A stretch of DNA of 14,874 nucleotides, taken from contig JBHHYO010000067.1 in NCBI GenBank assembly GCA_046757665.1, positions 1 through 14,874 of the forward strand, written 5' to 3'. Positions 1-7,816 of the stretch are shown in pieces. Every line of letters begins with the position of its first letter. The stretch's first letter is position 1. The notes beneath the pieces are model-generated. The model was not told the origin of the DNA. It was given only the letters and a program-made list of their open reading frames with translations, and searched no databases. The DNA comes from Nitrospinales bacterium. GTDB taxonomy: Bacteria; Nitrospinota; Nitrospinia; Nitrospinales; JAJDAT01. Made by a program: the position numbers and the translations under genes.

Positions 1-108
1 TTAACGTCAAACGAAGAATAAGAAACGCCATGGACCGGCTCACGCCGTGATGTGAAAAAAAGAGGGGGGGCAAATAATATTTAGCAGGTTGCTCAGGTAA
101 TTGAAACT

Positions 109-171
109 TGTCGTCCTTCGACAAGCTCAGGACGACAGCCTATCTGTCACGCTGAGCTTGTCGAAGCGTGA
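109..171. repeat. REP-like composite palindrome (CTTCGACAAGCTCAG type)
   Basis: Perfect 15-bp inverted repeat CTTCGACAAGCTCAG (116-130) / CTGAGCTTGTCGAAG (152-166). Each half is also a hairpin (TGTCGTCCT..AGGACGACA 109-137; TCACGCT..AGCGTGA 147-171). It lies just downstream of the 231..2630 gene. Confidence 0.75.
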
Positions 172-230
172 AGCAAAGCACACGAACTTTTTCAACGAAG
201 CATTAGTTCCCAGATGCTCCGTTCGAATTA

Positions 231-2630
231 TTATTGTGACGGACTGGCTACGATCGTATTAAACAGATCGGTGCTTGACGTTCCCGGCGCCGGGGTTGTG
301 CTTGCCGCTTCATCCAGGGCAGTGATCGTCTGAGTGAGGTCCGTGACTGTGCCGGTAGCCAATGCGGCATCCAATGCGGTATTCAAGGCGGCATCCAGGG
401 CCGGTTGAAGGCTGGGGTCGGCGGCCGCCGCCGTATCCACCAGCTTTTCCACGGCGATAACCGTCTGAGTGATGTCCGCGGTTGCGTCGGTAGCCAAGGC
501 GGCATCCAGGGTTTCCCGCACTTTGGGATTCTCGGTTACGACCTTAACAATTTTCCCCGCGTCCTGGGTGCTGGCGCCTATCAGGGCTTTGGCGACTGTT
601 GGGTCGGCCAGGATATTTTGTGTAATCGAGGCAACCGCGGCTTCAGCCGCCGCTGTCGCCTCAACCGCGGCCGGAGTCGCGGCCAGAGTCGCTGGAGCTT
701 CGGTAGCGGGAGCTTGAGCGGTCGGCGCTTCAACGGCTGGCGCGGCTACTGGTGCGGCTGGCGCTTCTGCGGCTGGCGCGGCGGCGGCCGGCGCTTCTAC
801 GGCTGGCGCAAGGGCCGTCAGGGTGGCGCTTTCCACGGATGTCTCGACAATCGCCGCGGTCGTGGCTACCGCCGCCTCGGTTTGCGCAACAACGGTTTCT
901 GTTTGCGCGGCGGCGGCTACCGCCAGCTCAACATTCCCCGCCGCCACGCCCGACAAGGCCGTGGTGACAGTAGTTGTAACTTCGGCGGCCGTGGCAGTGC
1001 TGGTCGCGGCGGTTGTTTCCGCCTGGGCGATCACCGTCGCATCGGCGCCGGCATTGGTCAATACGGCCACATTGACGTTGGTCTGCACCGCGTTGGCCTG
1101 GGCCTCGCTGGCGCTGACGGCGGCATTGGTGGCCTGGACTCCCGCCGCTTGTACGGAGGGATCAGTTGAAGTTGTGGCCTGTTGCGCGGCGGCGGCGGCG
1201 TTGGTTGCGCTTGCAACCGTCTGTGCCGCCGTGGCGGAGGCCTTCTCGGCGTTGTCCGCTCCCTTTTGGGCTCCTTCCAGGTCACCCCCGGCGGCGGAAT
1301 TGGCTACATTGGAGGTGGCATCGTTTGCCTTCGCCGTGGCGCCGGCGGCAGTGACACTGACTTTAATGGCGTTCAAAGCCGCCTGCGCGCCCGCCTCCGA
1401 GGTTGCCGTGGCAACCACCTGAACGGTCTTGATGGCATTGTCGGATGAAGACACGGCTGAATTCACATTGGTTTCCGCGGCAACGGCCATGCTTTCCGCC
1501 AGGGCGACAAGAGTGGTATCGCCGCTGGTTTGCGCTTCCGCCAGGTTGGTCAGGGTTTCCCCGGCTCCAACCGCGGTTGCGGAAGCCTGGACGGTGGCTT
1601 CCGTGGCCGCCGCGGTGGCTTCGGCGACCACGACGTCGGTGGCCGCGCTTACGGCTTCCGCTTGTACTTTCGCCGTCTCAGCCTGAGTGGCGACGACGGT
1701 TTCCTGGGCTTGGACTCGGCTCAAGGTCTGCTCCGCGGCGGCGGCGGCCACGGGGTCCTTCAACTGGTTGGATTCAGTTACCGTATCTTTCGCCGTGGCG
1801 GTATTCGCCGCGGCCTGCTGTTGCTGGGCTCCGGCCAGCGTGGCGGTGGCGGTGGCGAGCGTCTTGGCGGCGGCCAGCTTTGTTTCCGGGTCGGTGGCGG
1901 CCGCTACTTGCGCCTTGGCGGCTTGTACCTGCTCAACGGCGGCTGTCTGGGCCTGAACCGCTTGCACCTGTTGCGTGGTGGCCTGCACGGCCGATTGTTG
2001 AACCGGCGCGGCGGCGGCCACGGGGTCCCTGGGCGGCAATGCGTCCACCGAAATGTCAGTTTCCAGAACAGGGTCAAAATCGGTCGCCGGCGTAAAGTCA
2101 CCGGTAAAATCCATCGCGCCTTCTATATTTTGCGCCGCCGTGGCGCCATCTACATCGACATCAAATCCGCCGATGGAGCCGCGTATGGCCGCGACCATCG
2201 TCGGGGTCTTCAGTGTGTTTTCGGTGTTCTTGGCCTTATTCACCTTAAACAAAACCTTGCCCAAGGCGACCTTGACGGTTCTTTTTTTGATCATTTTCTT
2301 GAAAATCAGGCCTTTTTTAACCTTCCTTTCGCTGATTTTAATATTGGCGTCCAGGTCCAGGTCCACTTTACTGCCATCCTTAAACGACACCGTGGCGCGG
2401 CCTTTTTGCGTCACCACTTTATCGCCGCTGAACAGCGGTTTCGGAACTTTCTTCAGCGGCAACCACTTCATTTTCGAACGCACAAGGACATCCCCGGTAA
2501 ATTTTGTTATATTGGCGATGCTGTTATCGGCTTTTTTGCCTGCCGCCTGGGCGTTTCCGGTCAAGCCAAGCAACCCGAAGAGAATAAGGAAAACCGTCAG
2601 GAGGCGCGGAAATCTTTTGTGTTGATTCAT
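231..2630 (-). CDS. Secreted FecR-domain protein with long Ala/Thr/Val/Gln-rich helical-repeat tail
   Basis: 799-aa ORF. Signal peptide (KRFPR, hydrophobic stretch, AQA). FecR-like motifs: 'G.V.V..W......LFSGDKVVT..GRA...F.DGS.V.L..', 'GKV..V.K', 'TPTMVAAIRGS'. The remaining ~600 aa are low-complexity. Confidence 0.8.
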   Translation of the reverse strand: MNQHKRFPRLLTVFLILFGLLGLTGNAQAAGKKADNSIANITKFTGDVLVRSKMKWLPLKKVPKPLFSGDKVVTQKGRATVSFKDGSKVDLDLDANIKISERKVKKGLIFKKMIKKRTVKVALGKVLFKVNKAKNTENTLKTPTMVAAIRGSIGGFDVDVDGATAAQNIEGAMDFTGDFTPATDFDPVLETDISVDALPPRDPVAAAAPVQQSAVQATTQQVQAVQAQTAAVEQVQAAKAQVAAATDPETKLAAAKTLATATATLAGAQQQQAAANTATAKDTVTESNQLKDPVAAAAAEQTLSRVQAQETVVATQAETAKVQAEAVSAATDVVVAEATAAATEATVQASATAVGAGETLTNLAEAQTSGDTTLVALAESMAVAAETNVNSAVSSSDNAIKTVQVVATATSEAGAQAALNAIKVSVTAAGATAKANDATSNVANSAAGGDLEGAQKGADNAEKASATAAQTVASATNAAAAAQQATTSTDPSVQAAGVQATNAAVSASEAQANAVQTNVNVAVLTNAGADATVIAQAETTAATSTATAAEVTTTVTTALSGVAAGNVELAVAAAAQTETVVAQTEAAVATTAAIVETSVESATLTALAPAVEAPAAAAPAAEAPAAPVAAPAVEAPTAQAPATEAPATLAATPAAVEATAAAEAAVASITQNILADPTVAKALIGASTQDAGKIVKVVTENPKVRETLDAALATDATADITQTVIAVEKLVDTAAAADPSLQPALDAALNTALDAALATGTVTDLTQTITALDEAASTTPAPGTSSTDLFNTIVASPSQ

Positions 2631-2832
2631 AACCTGTATTCCCCGGAATTCAGTTAAAGTTTTTCAGCTTGAAAATTTATGTAAATTGATGGCATCCCAC
2701 GTTATATAAGACATAATTTTTTGTATAAGTCAAGTGTTAAGCATTGATTATTAAGCGGTGAGCCCCTTGTGTCCGCCGGATTTTTCGGCAATCGTTAAAA
2801 AGCATTCAAAACAGCCCGATTAGGCCGTGTGC

Positions 2833-5085
2833 ATGAATATTAAGAAAATCATTTTTTCTCCATTTTATTTGAGCCTGCTGATCGTTTTGCTGTTTGTGGG
2901 GCTGTTTTTCCTCAATCTCAAGTACTCGATAATCGAACCCCTTGAGTGGAAAGTTCTGGATCTGCGGTATAAAATTCGCGGCCCTCTAAAATTCGAGCCG
3001 AAAGTCGTCATCGTCAACATCGACGAAAACAGCATGGAACATTTGGGAGCCTGGCCCTGGCCCCGATCCTATTTCGGAGATTTGATCACGGTTCTGAGCC
3101 AAAGCGGCGCGGCGCTTGTCGGGTTCGACGTTATTTTCGCGGAGGAAGAGCATAGCCTGGGGAAAAAAGTTTTTACCGATCTGCTTGAACAATACAAAAG
3201 CCTCGATCTGGACAAGTCAACGACCAATGGGCGGATATTCTTCCAGGTGCTGATGGACCTTGAGGACGGCCTGAACCATGACCTCGCCTTTGCCAATGCG
3301 ACGGAGGCCGCCGGCAACGTCGTTCATGCCATGTTTTTTGACTACATGAAAAAGGAGTCGGAAGAAAAACGAACTTATAATCAGGAGGTTCTGGAAGCCA
3401 TAGGCTATCCTTCGTTTAAGGATTTGATCAATAATCCGGAGGATATCGATTACTTTCCTATCCTGAAGGCTTCCAGCCTTACCCTCCCCATTTTTCCTCT
3501 GGCGCAAACCGCGGTGGCGCTGGCCCATGTCAACGCCATCACCGATGCCGATGGCGGACTGCGCTGGGAAACCTTGCTGACGGAATATAATGGCGAGGTG
3601 TTTCCCTCGTTTTCACTGCTCCTGGCCATCATTTATTCCCAGGCGGAAAATATCGGGATTGTCCTGGGCGACGGCATCAATCTGGAGCAAAACAACATCC
3701 CCATGAACGATCAGGCCCGAATGTTGATCAATTATCAGGGCGGAACGGGGGCATTCCCCTATTACTCGTTTGTTGAAATTCTGCAAGGGGAGGTGCCGCC
3801 GGAAAATTTCGAGGGCAAGATCGTTCTTGTCGGATCGACTGTTACCGGCCTGCATGACACGTATGTCACTCCGTTCTCGCAATCCCTGCCCGGAGTGGAG
3901 AAACACGCCGCGGTAATACAAAATATCCTGGACCAGCAGTACCTGAAGCGGAGTAGCTGGGTGCACTTGATCGACCTGGGCGCCCTGATAATCCTCGGCG
4001 TTTTGCTGAGCTGGATTCTGCCGAAATCAAAAAACCTGTGGGGATTGCTTGTCGTCCTGTGCGCCATTGCGGGTTATTTTTATGCGGCGCAATATATGTT
4101 TGAAAAGAAGGGCATCTGGATTAACACGGTCCTGCCCTTGACGGAAGCCGTGGTCATCTTTATCGGTACGACCCTTTGCAATTACCTGGCGGAAAGAAAG
4201 CAAAGGGTTTTTGTCAAATCCGCGTTCAGCCAGTATCTGGCTCCTGCCGTGGTCAATCAGTTGATAAAGAATCCGGAGCGGCTCCAGTTGGGCGGCGAGC
4301 GGAAAATTTTAACCGCTTTTTTCTCGGATGTGGCGGGGTTTTCCACGCTCTCGGAAAAACTGTCTCCGCAGGATGTCGTGGAATTGCTTAACATTTACCT
4401 GACGGAGATGACCGATATTATCTTGAAATATGAGGGCACGGTGGATAAATACGAGGGTGACGCCATCATTGCATTTTTTGGAGCGCCGATTAGCTACGAG
4501 GACCACGCGAAGCGGGCCTGCTGGGTTTCCGTCGAAATGCAACAGCGGCTGGTCGAACTGCGGGAGCAATGGAAGGCGGAAGGCAAGCAACAACTGTTTG
4601 TGCGCATAGGACTCAACACCGGGCCGATGGTGGTGGGCAATATGGGCTCCAAAACCCGCATGGATTACACCATGATGGGCGATTCGGTGAACCTGGCGGC
4701 GCGTCTCGAGGGAGCCGGCAAACAATACAAAGTCTTTACCATAATCAGCGAGTTCACTTATGAACAAGCCCGCGAGTTCATCGAAGTGCGCGAGCTGGAT
4801 TCAATCCGGGTGGTGGGTAAATCCGAGGCGGTCAAAATTTATGAGCTTTTAGGAAAAACCGGCGAACTCAGCGAAACCCAGCGCAAAGTCCTGGCTCATT
4901 TTAATGAGGGATTGCAGAACTATAAACTCCGGCAATGGGAAAAAGCCATTTCATGTTTTGAGGAAGCTCTCGGCATAGATGAAACCGACGGGCCGTCGTT
5001 AACCTACTTCGAGCGTTGCCTCACGTTTCAGAGCAACCCGCCATCCGAAAGCTGGGACGGGGTTTTTGCCATGACAAGCAAATGA
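2833..5085 (+). CDS. CHASE2-domain class III adenylate cyclase with C-terminal TPR-like element
   Basis: N-terminal TM helix. CHASE2 motifs 'VVIVNIDE.S...LGAWPWPR', 'GFDVIFAE', 'D.DGGLR', 'GKIVLVG', 'PGVEKHA', followed by three TM helices. Cyclase motifs 'FFSDVAGFS', 'VDKYEGDAIIAFFGAP', 'RIGLNTG', 'DYTMMGDSVNLAARLE', 'VVGK'. ATG at 2833 preferred over GTG at 2827. Confidence 0.93.
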   Translation: MNIKKIIFSPFYLSLLIVLLFVGLFFLNLKYSIIEPLEWKVLDLRYKIRGPLKFEPKVVIVNIDENSMEHLGAWPWPRSYFGDLITVLSQSGAALVGFDVIFAEEEHSLGKKVFTDLLEQYKSLDLDKSTTNGRIFFQVLMDLEDGLNHDLAFANATEAAGNVVHAMFFDYMKKESEEKRTYNQEVLEAIGYPSFKDLINNPEDIDYFPILKASSLTLPIFPLAQTAVALAHVNAITDADGGLRWETLLTEYNGEVFPSFSLLLAIIYSQAENIGIVLGDGINLEQNNIPMNDQARMLINYQGGTGAFPYYSFVEILQGEVPPENFEGKIVLVGSTVTGLHDTYVTPFSQSLPGVEKHAAVIQNILDQQYLKRSSWVHLIDLGALIILGVLLSWILPKSKNLWGLLVVLCAIAGYFYAAQYMFEKKGIWINTVLPLTEAVVIFIGTTLCNYLAERKQRVFVKSAFSQYLAPAVVNQLIKNPERLQLGGERKILTAFFSDVAGFSTLSEKLSPQDVVELLNIYLTEMTDIILKYEGTVDKYEGDAIIAFFGAPISYEDHAKRACWVSVEMQQRLVELREQWKAEGKQQLFVRIGLNTGPMVVGNMGSKTRMDYTMMGDSVNLAARLEGAGKQYKVFTIISEFTYEQAREFIEVRELDSIRVVGKSEAVKIYELLGKTGELSETQRKVLAHFNEGLQNYKLRQWEKAISCFEEALGIDETDGPSLTYFERCLTFQSNPPSESWDGVFAMTSK

Positions 5086-5107
5086 CGCACGGGGGGCCTT
5101 AACAAAG

Positions 5108-5467
5108 ATGCTGTTCGGCGAATTTTTAGTCCAGCGGGGACTGGTAACCGAGGAAGAGGTGCTCCGAGCCGTGGATACGCAGGCGCAAAGCCGCATTCCG
5201 CTGGGCCGACTGGCGGTTGACAACCATTTTCTGGCCGGCGGGGATTTGTTTCGCATCTTGAGCCGGCAAAGAAAAACCTCAGGCAAGAGATTCGGAGAAA
5301 TAGCGATCGAATTGGGGCTGTTGACTAAAGAACAAGCCGAAAAACTTTTGGAGATCCAAGGCCAAACTTCCAAAAAGATAGGTGATATTCTTGTTTCCCA
5401 GAGCGCGCTGTCGCAAAACAGTCTGAACCAAGCGCTAAAAGATTTTCATGCGGCTCCCAATGAATAA
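5108..5467 (+). CDS. Stand-alone MshEN-like repeat protein (putative c-di-GMP receptor)
   Basis: 119 aa made almost entirely of four copies of the MshEN-type motif (R)LGxxLxxxGLxxxxxLxxxLxxQ: LFGEFLVQRGLVTEEEVLRAVDTQ, PLGRLAVDNHFLAGGDLFRILSRQ, RFGEIAIELGLLTKEQAEKLLEIQ, KIGDILVSQSALSQNSLNQALKDF. Starts 22 bp after the cyclase stop. Confidence 0.75.
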   Translation: MLFGEFLVQRGLVTEEEVLRAVDTQAQSRIPLGRLAVDNHFLAGGDLFRILSRQRKTSGKRFGEIAIELGLLTKEQAEKLLEIQGQTSKKIGDILVSQSALSQNSLNQALKDFHAAPNE

Positions 5468-5480
5468 GCCGGGATGGCAT

Positions 5481-7679
5481 TCATGTATGGCTTTTCAGCC
5501 ATTGCTTGGCGAGCAGTCTTATGACGTTAAATCGTTTTGAGGTTTCCGAGCCGGGGATGACCTGGTCCAAGAGTTGTTGCTTGGGGTAATAGCTGGTTGA
5601 GGCTATTTTAAGGGCTTCCTTCCAGGATTCGGGGTTCATGCCAACCGTTGTTTTCAATAATTCGAGGGCTTTTTGCGAGTAGATGACTTTTTGGACGATA
5701 AAGGGCGTTTTGCGGGTAAACGTCAGCCAGCTCTCCGCTGTTTTAAGATTATTCTTGTAGTTTTTTGGATCAAAATAAACCGCATTCTCATAGGCCTTGA
5801 TGGACTTATCGATCAACCGCTCCCTGTTGCGGGAATCGAGCAGGCTCAACTCGAAATACTCTTTCCCCAGCAGGATGTAAAAGTTTGCCTGCGCCGGGTT
5901 TGAGCGAAGCGCCTTTTCCAGGGTTTTGATGCTTTCCTCCGTATAGAATTTTCTGAAGTAACGGGTCGGCTCCAGCTTTTTGTTCTCTTGATAAATCGGG
6001 ATCAATTTGACCCTGCAAGCTGAGTTGCCGGGTTCATAGTTCAGAGCCCGCTTGATTTTGTCCATTGATGGGGTGCGGTCCAGCTTGAGGGTGGAGTTGA
6101 TTTCGGTCGGGCAATTTAACTCGGCCAGGAGACGGTGGACGACCGGTTGCCCAAGACAGAAGAACCCCAACGCGGCAAGCCCCATCAGGCCCCAGCGTAG
6201 CGGCGAATTTGTTTTGATGATCCTGAATTTTGTGAGGGTGGTTTCGTTGCCGCGATGTTTTTGGTTGTGAAGGGCGGCAAAGCCGACGCCCAGAATGACC
6301 GAAAACAAAAAAGCGTTGGCCGGGATGTGCAGATTAAAATCCATGAGGCTGTGCGTAAAAATCGCCGCGGCACTTCCCAGAACCCCCAGCCCGATGCCGA
6401 TAGCGTAAGGGTCATTCCGGGTTGCCCACAGGCGAATAAAACGATAGAAATAAAAAAATATCATCATGAGGGCAAGAGTCGAGCCAATGGCTCCGGTTTC
6501 TATCAGCAACTCCAGCCAGTCATTGTGGGCGTTTGTAAAAAACCAGATCAGTTTTTTGGGTTGATATTTTGGGTAAATGTCCGGGAAAGTCCCCCAGCCC
6601 GTCCCCGTAACCGGAAAATCGTTGACCAGGGGTTTTGTGGATTCATACACATCCAGTCGCACCTGGCCCGCTAACTTGGGCGCGAAAAGGGTTTGATACC
6701 GTTTTGAAATGGTATCGATCGTTTGTTCTTCCAGGCCCGTGCTGAAAGCGAAAACAATGCCGACAATTAATGTCATCAGTCCAAAAGTGGTTCGGGGCTT
6801 TAACTGCCGCATGGAGAACAGGACGATCGTCACCAGTCCCGCGGCAAAAGCCAGCAGGCCGCCGCGGGAGGCGGTTAAAAACAGTCCAATGAGCATGATC
6901 GCTATCGGGTAGATGAGCAAAATCTGCTTGTTGTACGTTTGTTCTCTCCTCAGGAATCCGGACAGGCGCTGACGCCAGGTTTGTTGTTCACGGGGTCGGT
7001 TTCTTCGCCTGCGCCGGCCCAGGCTGATGACGTAACCGATGTTCAACATGATAACCATTTCCAGAAACCCGGCGAGGTGGTCGGTGTTGATGAAAGTTCC
7101 CGAGATTCTGGAGGAGCCGAAGATATTGCTCCACCACAGGATGTTATGGGAGCCGCTCACTTTTTGCGCCATGCCATACAAGGACTCGAATACCCCCATG
7201 GAAATCACGGCGAGCACGATTTGATTGATCTGCTTGCGGGTGCGGATGGTGTTGATGATAAAAAGAAATACTCCGAAATAGCCGAGTAGCTTGAACAGCG
7301 CCACGCGGGTGTGGTGCGGATTCAGGGAAAGGGCGCTCGCCGAGTGGGTCGGCTCCTCCGTTTGCAAAACGGCATCGAGCCTCTGATGGATTTCCAATTG
7401 TTTGGGTGCGATGGCTTGCAGGATGCGGTCCGAAACAGGAACCGTTTGAAGAAAGACATAAGCGGCAAACAGGAACATCAGCGCATAAACCGGTGTTTTA
7501 GCCCATTTGATTTCCTTCCGATCCGACAGCATTTTAAAAGTGAAAATAATAACCAGGATCAGAACGCCGATTTCCATGACCGTGAAAGCCCAAACATGGA
7601 CGCTTCCAAAGGCCAGGGGGGTGAAGATGATGAGAAAAAGCAGGAGGCGTTGAGGAAAGGAATTTATGAGGTAGGACAT
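5481..7679 (-). CDS. O-antigen ligase family (Wzy_C) membrane protein with C-terminal TPR repeats
   Basis: 732 aa with many TM segments. Motifs 'RISGTFINTDHLAGFL', 'LTASRGG', 'GTGWGTF..IY', 'NAHNDWLELLIETG', 'HSLMDFNLHIPAN'. TPR-like tail ('ALRSNPAQANFYILLG', 'YENAVYFDPKN'). Confidence 0.88.
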   Translation of the reverse strand: MSYLINSFPQRLLLFLIIFTPLAFGSVHVWAFTVMEIGVLILVIIFTFKMLSDRKEIKWAKTPVYALMFLFAAYVFLQTVPVSDRILQAIAPKQLEIHQRLDAVLQTEEPTHSASALSLNPHHTRVALFKLLGYFGVFLFIINTIRTRKQINQIVLAVISMGVFESLYGMAQKVSGSHNILWWSNIFGSSRISGTFINTDHLAGFLEMVIMLNIGYVISLGRRRRRNRPREQQTWRQRLSGFLRREQTYNKQILLIYPIAIMLIGLFLTASRGGLLAFAAGLVTIVLFSMRQLKPRTTFGLMTLIVGIVFAFSTGLEEQTIDTISKRYQTLFAPKLAGQVRLDVYESTKPLVNDFPVTGTGWGTFPDIYPKYQPKKLIWFFTNAHNDWLELLIETGAIGSTLALMMIFFYFYRFIRLWATRNDPYAIGIGLGVLGSAAAIFTHSLMDFNLHIPANAFLFSVILGVGFAALHNQKHRGNETTLTKFRIIKTNSPLRWGLMGLAALGFFCLGQPVVHRLLAELNCPTEINSTLKLDRTPSMDKIKRALNYEPGNSACRVKLIPIYQENKKLEPTRYFRKFYTEESIKTLEKALRSNPAQANFYILLGKEYFELSLLDSRNRERLIDKSIKAYENAVYFDPKNYKNNLKTAESWLTFTRKTPFIVQKVIYSQKALELLKTTVGMNPESWKEALKIASTSYYPKQQLLDQVIPGSETSKRFNVIRLLAKQWLKSHT

Positions 7680-7706
7680 TGTTGATGGAACCGGGCGCCA
7701 GGAGGT
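7680..7706. repeat. Direct repeat, left copy, flanking the ATPase gene
   Basis: TGTTGATGGAACC (7680-7692) + GGGCGCC + AGGAGGT (7700-7706). Matches 9022-9041 except for a 7-bp insert. Confidence 0.7.
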
Positions 7707-7816
7707 TCGTTGCGGTAGTTAAGATTTGCGTTTACAGTTGTCTTCCGGTCAAGATATTTCAGCAGACTTTAACATACATTATCACTATCGCTCTAAAACC
7801 AGTCGCGAAAATGAGC

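Noticed and set aside
1-31. Possible minus-strand gene start (MAFLILRLTL) running off the window
   Set aside because: Only 10 codons visible and no clear Shine-Dalgarno site; cannot be supported.
640-812. Tandem GC-rich DNA repeats resembling an array
   Set aside because: In-frame coding repeats (PAVEAPAA); no constant repeat with unique spacers and no cas genes, so not CRISPR.
405-2657. Several long plus-strand ORFs (e.g. 405..1169, 823..1422, 1530..2657)
   Set aside because: Antisense shadows of the GC-rich, Ala-codon-rich FecR gene; no recognisable motifs.
2700-2735. Candidate minus-strand promoter for the FecR gene (TTGACT at 2733-2728)
   Set aside because: The best -10 matches need an 18-19 bp spacer or are poor; expected by chance in AT-rich DNA.
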